Source of the DNA: Utricularia gibba
Lineage: Eukaryota; Plantae; Magnoliophyta
NCBI GenBank assembly: GCA_002189035.1
Contig: NEEC01000477.1
Location: forward strand, 1 to 25,568
Reading direction: 5' to 3'
DNA: 25,568 nucleotides
In this document: positions 13,901 through 24,000 of the stretch, piece after piece
Layout: each line of letters opens with the position of its first letter
Numbering within the stretch: the stretch's first letter is position 1
Notes under the pieces: generated by a model
The model's input: the letters and a program-made list of their open reading frames with translations, nothing else
Database searches by the model: none
Told to the model about the DNA's origin: nothing
Made by a program: the position numbers and the translations under genes

Positions 13901-16900
13901 GAACAACTTCTCGTTTTGTGTCGGCCACTCTCACTGGGCACTTGGTCCGGCGCTGCGTTCGGTCCGGCTCATGAGCCCAACCGGGTGCGAGTCGACGAAA
14001 ATAATGATGCATTTGTTTAAAGTAAGATGTCACGTGCACCCCATGATTTTTTCAACAACTTACTTTATACTTGAGGGCGGTCTTGGGGGGCACCTAGAAG
14101 GGACAAAGGTCAGTTGGGTTAGGGCCGAAAGTTAGTTGTAGCCTGGCAACTAAAGCGATGCACTTATTAACGTTCGGTTTCAGGGGCTTCCTACAAGTTT
14201 TTCAAGGAACAACTTCTCGTTTTGTCGCCACTCTCACTGGGCACTTGGTCCGGCGCTGCGTTCGGTCCGGCTCATGAGCCCAACCGGTGCGAGTCGACGA
14301 AAATAATGATGCATTTGTTTAAAGTAAGATGTCACGTGCACCCCACATGATTTTTTCAACAACTTACTTTATACTTGAGGAGGCGGTCTTGGGGGGCACC
14401 TAGAACGGGACAAAGGTCAGGTGGGTTAGGGCGAAAGTTAGTTGTAGCCTGGCAACTAAAGCGATGCACTTATTAACGTTCGGTTTTCAGGGCTTCCTAC
14501 AAGGTTTTTCAAGGAACAACTTCTCGTTTTGTGTCGGCCAACTGGGCACTTGGTTGCGTTCGGTCCGGCTCATGAGCCCAACGGGTGCGAGTCGACGAAA
14601 ATAATGATGCATTTGTTTAAAGTAAGATGTCACGTGCACCCCACATGATTTTTTCAACACTTACTTTATACTTGAGGAGGCGGTCTTGGGGGGCACCTAG
14701 AACGGGACAAAGGTCAGGTTGGGTTAGGGCCGAAAGTTAGTTGTAGCCTGGCAACTAAAGCGATGCACTTATTAACGTTCGGTTTTCAGGGGCTTCCTAC
14801 AAGGTTTTTCAAGGAACAACTTCTCGTTTTGTGTCGGCCACTCTCACTGGGCACTTGGTCCGGCGCTGCGTTCGGTCCGGCTCATGCCCAACCGGTGCGA
14901 GTCGACGAAAATAATGATGCATTTGTTTAAAGTAAGATGTCACGTGCACCCCACATGATTTTTTCAACAACTTACTTTATACTTGAGGAGGCGGTCTTGG
15001 GGGCACCTAGAAGGGACAAAGGTCAGGTTGGGTTAGGGCCGAAAGTTAGTTGTAGCCTGGCAACTAAAGCGATGCACTTATTAACGTTCGGTTTTCAGGG
15101 GCTTCCTACAAGGTTTTTCAAGGAACAACTTCTCGTTTTGTGTCGGCCACTCTCACTGGGCACTTGGTCGCGCTGCGTTCGGTCCGGCTCATGAGCCAAC
15201 CGTGCGAGTCGACGAAAATAATGATGCATTTGTTTAAAGTAAGATGTCACGTGCACCCACATGATTTTTCAACAACTTACTTTATACTTGAGGAGGCGGT
15301 CTTGGGGGCACCTAGAAGGGACAAAGGTCAGGTTGGGTTAGGCCGAAAGTTAGTTGTAGCCTGGCAACTAAAGCGATGCACTTATTAACGTTCGGTTTTC
15401 AGGGGCTTCCTACAAGGTTTTTCAAGGAACAACTTCTCGTTTTGTGTCGGCCACTCTCACTGGGCACTTGGTCCGGCGCTGCGTTCGGTCCGGCTCATGA
15501 GCCCAACCGGTGCGAGTCGACGAAAATAATGATGCATTTGTTTAAAGTAAGATGTCACGTGCACCCCACATGATTTTTTCAACAACTTACTTTATACTTG
15601 AGGAGCGGTCTTGGGGGCACCTAGAACGGGACAAAGGTCAGGTTGGTTAGGGCGAAAGTTAGTTGTAGCCTGGCAACTAAGCGATGCACTTATTAACGTT
15701 CGGTTTTCAGGGGCTTCCTACAGGTTTTTCAAGGAACAACTTCTCGTTTTGTGTCGGCCACTCTCACTGGGCACTTGGTCCGGCGCTGCGTTCGGTCCGG
15801 CTCATGAGCCCAACCGGGTGCGAGTCGACGAAATAATGATGCATTTGTTTAAAGTAAGATGTCACGTGCACCCCACATGATTTTTTCAACAACTTACTTT
15901 ATACTTGAGGAGGCGGTCTTGGGGGCACCTAGAACGGACAAAGGTCAGGTTGGGTTAGGGCCGAAAGTTAGTTGTAGCCTGGCAACTAAAGCGATGCACT
16001 TATTAACGTTTTTTTCAGGGCTTCCTACAAGGTTTTCAAGGAACAACTTCTCGTTTTGTGTCGGCCACTCTCACGGGCACTTGGTCCGGCGCTGCGTTCG
16101 GTCCGGCTCATGAGCCCAACCGGTGCGAGTCGACGAAAATAATGATGCATTTGTTTAAAGTAAGATGTCACGTGCACCCACATGATTTTTCAACAACTTA
16201 CTTTATACTTGAGGAGGCGGTCTTGGGGGGCACCTAGAACGGGACAAAGGTCAGGTTGGGTTAGGGCCGAAAGTTAGTTGTAGCCTGGCAACTAAAGCGA
16301 TGCACTTATTAACGTTCGGTTTTCAGGGGCTTCCTACAAGGTTTTTCAAGGAACAACTTCTCGTTTTGTGTCGGCCACTCTCACTGGCACTTGGTCGGCG
16401 CTGCGTTCGGTCCGGCTCATGAGCCAACCGTGCGAGTCGACGAAAATAATGATGCATTTGTTTAAAGTAAGATGTCACGTGCACCCCACATGATTTTTTC
16501 AACAACTTACTTTATACTTGAGGAGGCGGTCTTGGGGGCACCTAGAACGGGACAAAGGTCAGGTTGGGTTAGGGCGAAAGTTAGTTGTAGCCTGGCAACT
16601 AAAGCGATGCACTTATTAACGTTCGGTTTTCAGGGCTTCCTACAAGGTTTTTCAAGGAACAACTTCTCGTTTTGTGGCCACTCTCACTGGCACTTGGTCC
16701 GGCGCTGCGTTCGGTCCGGCTCATGAGCCCAACCGGGTGCGAGTCGACGAAAATAATGATGCATTTGTTTAAAGTAAGATGTCACGTGCACCCCACATGA
16801 TTTTTTCAACAACTTACTTTATACTTGAGGAGGCGGTCTTGGGGGCACCTAGAAGGACAAAGGTCAGGTTGGGTTAGGGCCGAAAGTTAGTTGTAGCCTG

Positions 16901-19900
16901 GCAACTAAAGCGATGCACTTATTAACGTTCGGTTTTCAGGGGCTTCCTACAAGTTTTTCAAGTTCTCGTTTGTGTCGGCCACTCTCACTGGGTTGGTCCG
17001 GCGCTGCGTCGGTCCGGCTCATGACCGGTGCGAGTCGACGAAAATAATGATGCATTTGTTTAAAGTAAGATGTCACGTGCACCCCACATGATTTTTTCAA
17101 CAACTTACTTTATACTTGAGGAGGCGGTCTTGGGGGCACCTAGAACGGGACAAAGGTCAGGTTGGGTTAGGGCCGAAAGTTAGTTGTAGCCTGGCAACTA
17201 AAGCGATGCACTTATTAACGTTCGGTTTTCAGGGGCTTCCTACAAGGTTTTCAAGGAACAACTTCTCGTTTTGTGTCGGCCACTCTCACTGGGCACTTGG
17301 TCCGGCGCTGCGTTCGGTCCGGCTCATGAGCCCAACCGGTGCGAGTCGACGAAAATAATGATGCATTTGTTTAAAGTAAGATGTCACGTGCACCCCACAT
17401 GATTTTTTCAACAACTTACTTTATACTTGAGGAGGCGGTCTTGGGGGCACCTAGAACGGGACAAAGGTCAGGTTGGTTAGGGAAAGTTAGTTGTAGCCTG
17501 GCAACTAAAGTGCACTTATTAACGTTCGGTTTTCAGGGCTTCCTACAAGGTTTTTCAAGGAACAACTTCTCGTTTGTGTCGGCCACTCTCACTGGGCACT
17601 TGGTCCGGCGCTGCGTTCGGTCCGGCTCATGAGCCAACCGGGTGCGAGTCGACGAAAATAATGATGCATTTGTTTAAAGTAAGATGTCACGTGCACCCCA
17701 CATGATTTTTTCAACAACTTACTTTATACTTGAGGAGGCGGTCTTGGGGGCACCTAGAACGGGACAAAGGTCAGGTTGGGTTAGGGCCGAAAGTTAGTTG
17801 TAGCCTGGCAACTAAAGCGATGCACTTATTAACGTTCGGTTTTCAGGGCTTCCTACAAGGTTTTTCAAGGAACAACTTCTCGTTTTGTGTCGGCCACTCT
17901 CACTGGGCACTTGGTCCGGCGCTGGGTCCGGCTCATGAGCCCAACCGGGCGAGTCGACGAAAATAATGATGCATTTGTTTAAAGTAAGATGTCACGTGCA
18001 CCCCACATGATTTTCAACAACTTACTTTATACTTGAGGAGGCGGTCTTGGGGGGCACCTAGAACGGGACAAAGGTCAGGTTGGGTTAGGGCCGAAAGTTA
18101 GTTGTAGCCTGGCAACTAAAGCGATGCACTTATTAACGTTCGGTTTTCAGGGGCTTCCTACAAGGTTTTTCAAGGAACAACTTCTCGTTTGTGTCGGCCA
18201 CTCTCACTGGGCACTTGGTCCGGCGCTGCGTTCGGTCCGGCTCATGAGCCCAACCGGGTGCGAGTCGACGAAAATAATGATGCATTTGTTTAAAGTAAGA
18301 TGTCACGTGCACCCACATGATTTTTTCAACAACTTACTTTATACTTGAGGAGGCGGTCTTGGGGCACCTAGAACGGACAAAGGTCAGGTTGGGTTAGGGC
18401 CGAAAGTTAGTTGTAGCCTGGCAACTAAAGCGATGCACTTATTAACGTTCGGTTTTCAGGGGCTTCCTACAAGGTTTTTCAAGGAACAACTTCTCGTTTT
18501 GTGTCGGCCACTCTCACTGGGCACTTGGTCCGGCGCTGCGTTCGGTCCGGCTCATGAGCCCAACCGGGCGAGTCGACGAAAATAATGATGCATTTGTTTA
18601 AAGTAAGATGTCACGTGCACCCCACATGATTTTTCAACAACTTACTTTATACTTGAGGAGGCGGTCTTGGGGGGCACCTAGAACGGGACAAAGGTCAGGT
18701 TGGGTTAGGGCCGAAAGTTAGTTGTAGCCTGGCAACTAAAGCGATGCACTTATTAACGTTCGGTTTTCAGGGCTTCCTACAAGGTTTTTCAAGGAACACT
18801 TCTCGTTTTGTGTCGGCCACTCTCACTGGGCACTTGGTCCGCGCTGCGTTCGGTCCGGCTCATGCCCAACCGGGTGCGAGTCGACGAAAATAATGATGCA
18901 TTTGTTTAAAGTAAGATGTCACGTGCACCCCACATGATTTTTTCAACAACTTACTTTATACTTGAGGAGGCGGTCTTGGGGGCACCTAGAACGGGACAAA
19001 GGTCAGGTTGGGTTAGGGCCGAAAGTTAGTTGTAGCCTGGCAACTAAAGCGATGCACTTATTAACGTTCGGTTTTCAGGGGCTTCCTACAAGGTTTTTCA
19101 AGGAACAACTTCTCGTTTTGTGTCGGCCACTCTCACTGGCACTTGGTCGGCGCTGCGTTCGGTCCGGCTCATGAGCCCAACCGGGTGCGAGTCGACGAAA
19201 ATAATGATGCATTTGTTTAAAGTAAGATGTCACGTGCACCCACATGATTTTTTCAACAACTTACTTTATACTTGAGGAGCGGTCTTGGGGGGCACCTAGA
19301 ACGGGACAAAGGTCAGGTTGGGTTAGGGCGAAAGTTAGTTGTAGCCTGGCAACTAAAGCGATCACTTATTAACGTTCGTTTTCAGGGCTTCCTTTTTTCA
19401 AGGAACAACTTCTCGTTTGTGTCGGCCACTCTCACTGGGCACTTGGTCTCGTTCGGTCCGGCTCATGAGCCCAACCGGGTGCGAGTCGACGAAAATAATG
19501 ATGCATTTGTTTAAAGTAAGATGTCACGTGCACCCCACATGATTTTTTCGAGGAGCGGTCTTGGGGGCACTAGAACGGGACAAGGTCAGGTTGGGTTAGG
19601 GCCGAAAGTTAGTTGTAGCCTGGAACTAAAGCGATGCACTTATTAACGTTCGGTTTTCAGGGGCTTCCTACAAGGTTTTTCAAGGAACAACTTCTCGTTT
19701 TGTGTCGGCCACTCTCACTGGGCACTTGGTCCGGCGCTGCGTTCGGTCCGGCTCATGAGCCCAACGGGTGCGAGTCGACGAAAATAATGATGCATTTGTT
19801 TAAAGTAAGATGTCACGTGCACCCCACATGATTTTTTCAACAACTTACTTTATACTTGAGGAGGCGGTCTTGGGGGCACTAGAACGGGACAAAGGTCAGG

Positions 19901-20724
19901 TTGGGTTAGGGCCGAAAGTTAGTTGTAGCCTGGCAACTAAAGCGATGCACTTATTAACGTTCGTTTTCAGGGGCTTCCTACAAGGTTTTTCAAGGAACAA
20001 CTTCTCGTTTTGTGTCGGCCACTCTCACTGGGCACTTGGTCCGGCGCTGCGTTCGGTCCGGCTCATGAGCCCAACCGGGTGCGAGTCGACGAAAATAATG
20101 CATTTGTTTAAAGTAAGATGTCACGTGCACCCCACATGATTTTTTCAACAACTTACTTTATACTTGAGGAGGCGGTCTTGGGGGCACCTAGAACGGGACA
20201 AAGGTCAGGTTGGGTTAGGGCCGAAAGTAGTGTAGCCTGGCAACTAAAGCGAGCACTTATTAACGTTCGGTTTTCAGGGCTTCCTACAAGGTTTTTCAAG
20301 GAACAACTTCTCGTTTTGTGTCGGCCACTCTCACTGGGCACTTGGTCCGGCGCTGCGTTCGTCCGGCTCATGAGCCCAACCGGTGCGAGTCGACGAAAAT
20401 AATGATGCATTTGTTTAAAGTAAGATGTCACGTGCACCCCACATGATTTTTTCAACAACTTACTTTATACTTGAGGAGGCGGTCTTGGGGGGCACCTAGA
20501 ACGGGACAAAGGTCAGGTTGGGTTAGGGCCGAAAGTTAGTTGTAGCCTGGCAACTAAAGCGATGCACTTATTAACGTTCGGTTTTCAGGGCTTCCTACAA
20601 GGTTTTCAAGGAACAACTTCTCGTTTTGTGTCGGCCACTCTCACTGGGCACTTGGTCCGGCGCTGCGTTCGGTCCGGCTCATGAGCCCAACCGGGTGCGA
20701 GTCGACGAAAATAATGATGCATTT

Positions 20725-20782
20725 GTTTAAAGTAAGATGTCACGTGCACCCCACATGATTTTTTCAACAACTTACTTTATAC
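20725..20782. repeat. Imperfect inverted repeat in each unit (potential hairpin or cruciform)
   Basis: GTTTAAAGTAAGATGT (20725-20740) vs ACAACTTACTTTATAC (20767-20782): 14 of 16 positions pair, with a perfect 9-bp core TAAAGTAAG/CTTACTTTA and a 26-nt loop. Confidence 0.85.
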
Positions 20783-20798
20783 TTGAGGAGGCGGTCTT

Positions 20799-20840
20799 GG
20801 GGGGCACCTAGAACGGGACAAAGGTCAGGTTGGGTTAGGG
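20799..20840 (+). other. G-rich tract with putative G-quadruplex potential and one TTAGGG, in each unit
   Basis: GGGGGG-N10-GGG-N14-GGG-TTA-GGG. The sub-motif GGTCAGGTTGGGTTAGGG has four closely spaced GG runs. Folding is not demonstrated. Confidence 0.4.
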
Positions 20841-20847
20841 CCGAAAG

Positions 20848-20869
20848 TTAGTTGTAGCCTGGCAACTAA
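20848..20869. repeat. Short perfect inverted repeat (7-bp stem, 8-nt loop) in each unit
   Basis: TTAGTTG-tagcctgg-CAACTAA. Confidence 0.85.
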
Positions 20870-20967
20870 AGCGATGCACTTATTAACGTTCGGTTTTCAG
20901 GGGCTTCCTACAAGGTTTTTCAAGGAACAACTTCTCGTTTTGTGTCGGCCACTCTCACTGGGCACTT

Positions 20968-20992
20968 GGTCCGGCGCTGCGTTCGGTCCGGC
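20968..20992 (+). repeat. 8-bp direct repeat GGTCCGGC x2 (period 17) in each unit
   Basis: GGTCCGGC at 20968-20975 and 20985-20992. Confidence 0.9.
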
Positions 20993-21001
20993 TCATGAGC
21001 C
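20990..21001. repeat. Perfect 12-bp palindrome GGCTCATGAGCC in each unit
   Basis: The sequence equals its own reverse complement and overlaps the second GGTCCGGC. Confidence 0.9.
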
Positions 21002-24000
21002 CAACCGGGTGCGAGTCGACGAAAATAATGATGCATTTGTTTAAAGTAAGATGTCACGTGCACCCCACATGATTTTTTCAACAACTTACTTTATACTTGA
21101 GGAGGCGGTCTTGGGGGCACTAGAACGGGACAAAGGTCAGGTTGGGTTAGGGCCGAAAGTTAGTTGTAGCCTGGCAACTAAAGCGATGCACTTATTAACG
21201 TTCGGTTTTCAGGGGCTTCCTACAAGGTTTTTCAAGGAACAACTTCTCGTTTTTGTGTCGGCCACTCTCACTGGGCACTTGGTCCGGCGCTGCGTTCGGT
21301 CCGGCTCATGAGCCCAACCGGTGCGAGTCGACGAAAATAATGATGCATTTGTTTAAAGTAAGATGTCACGTGCACCCCACATGATTTTCAACAACTTACT
21401 TTATACTTGAGGAGGCGGTCTTGGGGGGCACCTAGAACGGGACAAAGGTCAGGTTGGGTTAGGCCGAAAGTTAGTTGTAGCCTGGCAACTAAAGCGATGC
21501 ACTTATTAACGTTCGGTTTTCAGGGGCTTCCTACAAGGTTTTTCAAGAAAACTTCTCGTTTTGTGTCGGCCACTCTCACTGGGCACTTGGTCCGGCGCTG
21601 CGTTCGGTCCGGCTCATGAGCCCAACCGGTGCGAGTCGACGAAAATAATGATGCATTTGTTTAAAGTAAGATGTCACGTGCACCCACATGATTTTTCAAC
21701 AACTTACTTTATACTTGAGGAGGCGGTCTTGGGGGCACCTAGAACGGGACAAAGGTCAGGTTTAGGGCGAAAGTTAGTTGTAGCCTGGCAACTAAAGCGA
21801 TGCACTTATTAACGTTCGGTTTTCAGGGGCTTCCTACAAGGTTTTTCAAGGAACAACTTCTCGTTTTGTGTCGGCCACTCTCACTGGGCACTTGGTCCGG
21901 CGCGTTCGGTCCGGCTCATGAGCCCAACCGGGTGCGAGTCGACGAAAATAATGATGCATTTGTTTAAAGTAAGATGTCACGTGCACCCCACATGATTTTT
22001 TTCAACAACTTACTTTATACTTGAGGAGGCGGTCTTGGGGGGCACTAGAACGGGACAAAGGTCAGGTTGGGTTAGGGCCGAAAGTTAGTTGTAGCCTGGC
22101 AACTAAAGCGATGCACTTATTAACGTTCGGTTTTCAGGGGCTTCCTACAAGGTTTTTCAAGGAACAACTTCTCGTTTTGTGTCGGCCACTCTCACTGGCA
22201 CTTGGTCCGGCGCTGCGTTCGGTCCGGCTCATGAGCCCAACCGGTGCGAGTCGACGAAAATAATGATGCATTTGTTTAAAGTAAGATGTCACGTGCACCC
22301 ACATGATTTTTTCAACAACTTACTTTATACTTGAGGAGGCGGTCTTGGGGGGCACCTAGAACGGGACAAAGGTCAGGTTGGGTTAGGGCCGAAAGTTAGT
22401 TGTAGCCTGGCAACTAAAGCGATGCACTTATTAACGTTCGGTTTTCAGGGCTTCCTACAAGGTTTTTCAAGGAACAACTTCTCGTTTTGTGTCGGCCACT
22501 CTCACTGGGCACTTGGTCCGGCGCTGCGTTCGGTCCGGCTCATGAGCCCAACCGGGCGAGTCGACGAAAATAATGATGCATTTGTTTAAAGTAAGATGTC
22601 ACGTGCACCCCACATGATTTTTTCAAAACTTACTTATACTTGAGGAGGCGGTCTTGGGGGGCACCTAGAACGGGACAAAGGTCAGGTTGGGTTAGGGCCG
22701 AAAGTTAGTTGTAGCCTGGCAACTAAAGATGCACTTATTAACGTTCGGTTTTCAGGGGCTTCCTACAAGGTTTTTCAAGGAACAACTTCTCGTTTTGTGT
22801 CGGCCACTCTCACTGGGCACTTGGTCCGGCGCTGCGTTCGGTCCGGCTCATGAGCCCAACCGGGTGCGAGTCGACGAAAAATAATGATGCATTTGTTTAA
22901 AGTAAGATGTCACGTGCACCCCACATGATTTTTCAACAACTTACTTTATACTTGAGGAGGCGGTCTTGGGGGCACCTAGAACGGACAAAGGTCAGGTTGG
23001 GTTAGGGCCGAAAGTTAGTTGTAGCCTGGCAACTAAAGCGATGCACTTATTAACGTTCGGTTTTCAGGGGCTTCCTACAAGGTTTTTCAAGGAACAACTT
23101 CTCGTTTTGTGTCGGCCACTCTCACTGGGCACTTGGTCCGGCGCTGCGTTCGGTCCGGCTCATGAGCCCAACCGGGTGCGAGTCGACGAAAATAATGATG
23201 CATTTGTTTAAAGTAAGATGTCACGTGCACCCCATGATTTTTTCAACAACTTACTTTATACTTGAGGAGGCGGTCTTGGGGGGCACCTAGAAGGGACAAA
23301 GGTCAGGTTGGGTTAGGGCCGAAAGTTAGTTGTAGCCTGGCAACTAAAGCGATGCACTTATTAACGTTCGGTTTTCAGGGGCTTCCTACAAGGTTTTTCA
23401 AGGAACAACTTCTCGTTTTGTGTCGGCCACTCTCACTGGGCACTTGGTCCGCGCTGCGTTCGGTCCGGCTCATGAGCCCAACCGTGCGAGTCGACGAAAA
23501 TAATGATGCATTTGTTTAAAGTAAGATGTCACGTGCACCCCACATGATTTTTTCAACAACTTACTTTATACTTGAGGAGGCGGTCTTGGGGGCACCTAGA
23601 ACGGACAAAGTCAGGTTGGGTTAGGGCGAAAGTTAGTTGTAGCCTGGCAACTAAAGATGCACTTATTAACGTTCGGTTTTCAGGGCTTCCTACAAGGTTT
23701 TTCAAGGAACAACTTCTCGTTTTGTGTCGGCCACTCTCACTGGGCACTTGGTCCGGCGCTGCGTTCGGTCCGGCTCATGAGCCAACCGGGTGCGAGTCGA
23801 CGAAAATAATGATGCATTTTTTAAAGTAAGATGTCACGTGCACCCCATGATTTTTCAACAACTTACTTTATATTGAGGAGGCGGTCTTGGGGCACTAGAA
23901 CGGGACAAAGGTCAGGTTGGTTAGGGCCGAAAGTTAGTTGTAGCCTGGCAACTAAAGCGATGCACTTATTAACGTTCGGTTTTCAGGGCTTCCTACAAGG

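Larger units (their letters stand above)
20701..20857 (+). repeat. Sub-unit A (~157 bp) of the dimeric monomer; boundary is arbitrary
   Basis: Aligns to sub-unit B at an offset of about 157: 20716-20763 vs 20873-20920 match at 31 of 48 positions without gaps. Further shared blocks are AACAACTT, GGGCAC and GGTC(A/C)GG. Confidence 0.75.
20701..21014 (+). repeat. Reference full-length monomer (314 bp, about 50% GC)
   Basis: Longest clean anchor-to-anchor interval. It carries the long form of each variable homopolymer (C4, T6, G6, G4, T5, G3). Hand count: 156 G+C and 18 CpG (observed/expected about 0.9). Confidence 0.9.
20858..21014 (+). repeat. Sub-unit B (~157 bp) of the dimeric monomer; boundary is arbitrary
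   Basis: Same alignment as for sub-unit A. Offsets: GATGCA 157, TTTTTCAA 156, AACAACTT 160, GGGCAC 158, GGTC(A/C)GG 162. Confidence 0.75.

Noticed and set aside
20701-20749. Cluster of 6-bp restriction palindromes (SalI, NsiI, DraI, PmlI, ApaLI) suggesting a polylinker
   Set aside because: Seven 6-bp palindromes per 314 bp is close to the roughly five expected by chance, and the order matches no cloning site I know.
20743-20765. GTGCACCCC followed by a T-run, resembling the 3' end of a plant 5S rRNA gene
   Set aside because: No 5S internal control boxes or 120-nt 5S body are recognisable on either strand.
20729-20778. Splice-donor-like GTAAGA (+) and GTAAGT (-), suggesting a spliced-leader RNA gene array
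   Set aside because: Both come from the two arms of the inverted repeat. There is no known SL exon, and the nearby ATTTTTTC lacks the G of an Sm site.
20777-20811. Bacterial signals: TATACT (-10-like), GAGGAGG (Shine-Dalgarno-like) and a TTG start
   Set aside because: There is no good -35. The SD sits too close to the -10 to be transcribed, and with G6 the TTG frame stops after four codons.
20815-20827. Nuclear-receptor DR1-like element GGGACAAAGGTCA, suggesting a synthetic enhancer or reporter
   Set aside because: It is a single motif with no vector, linker, barcode or adapter sequence, and the diverged-dimer structure points to natural origin.
20685-20835. Integron attC-like pair: RYYYAAC (GCCCAAC) and GTTRRRY (GTTGGGT), suggesting a circular gene cassette
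   Set aside because: Each motif occurs once per unit and they are near-complementary, but the span is 151 nt, above the usual 57-141. The L-box positions do not pair and no ORF ends at the inverse core. IntegronFinder or an attC covariance model would settle it.
20833-20876. Pistol-ribozyme-like words (GGTTAGGGCC, TAGTTG, CTAAAGCG), compared from memory with the env25 pistol
   Set aside because: The pseudoknot partner CCCTAA for the TTAGGG loop is missing downstream, P1 is weak, and TAGTTG is taken up by a local hairpin.
20947-20988. Short matches to AAV ITR (GGCCACTC, CTCACTG) and the ColE1/pUC origin-proximal region (CGCTGCG.TCGGTC)
   Set aside because: The matches are 7-14 nt, recalled from memory, and do not extend into flanking sequence, which is consistent with chance.
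20992-21025. Hammerhead-like CTCATGA...GAAA
   Set aside because: The core needs CUGANGA, not CUCAUGA. No stem II closes before GAAA, and I found no core on the minus strand.
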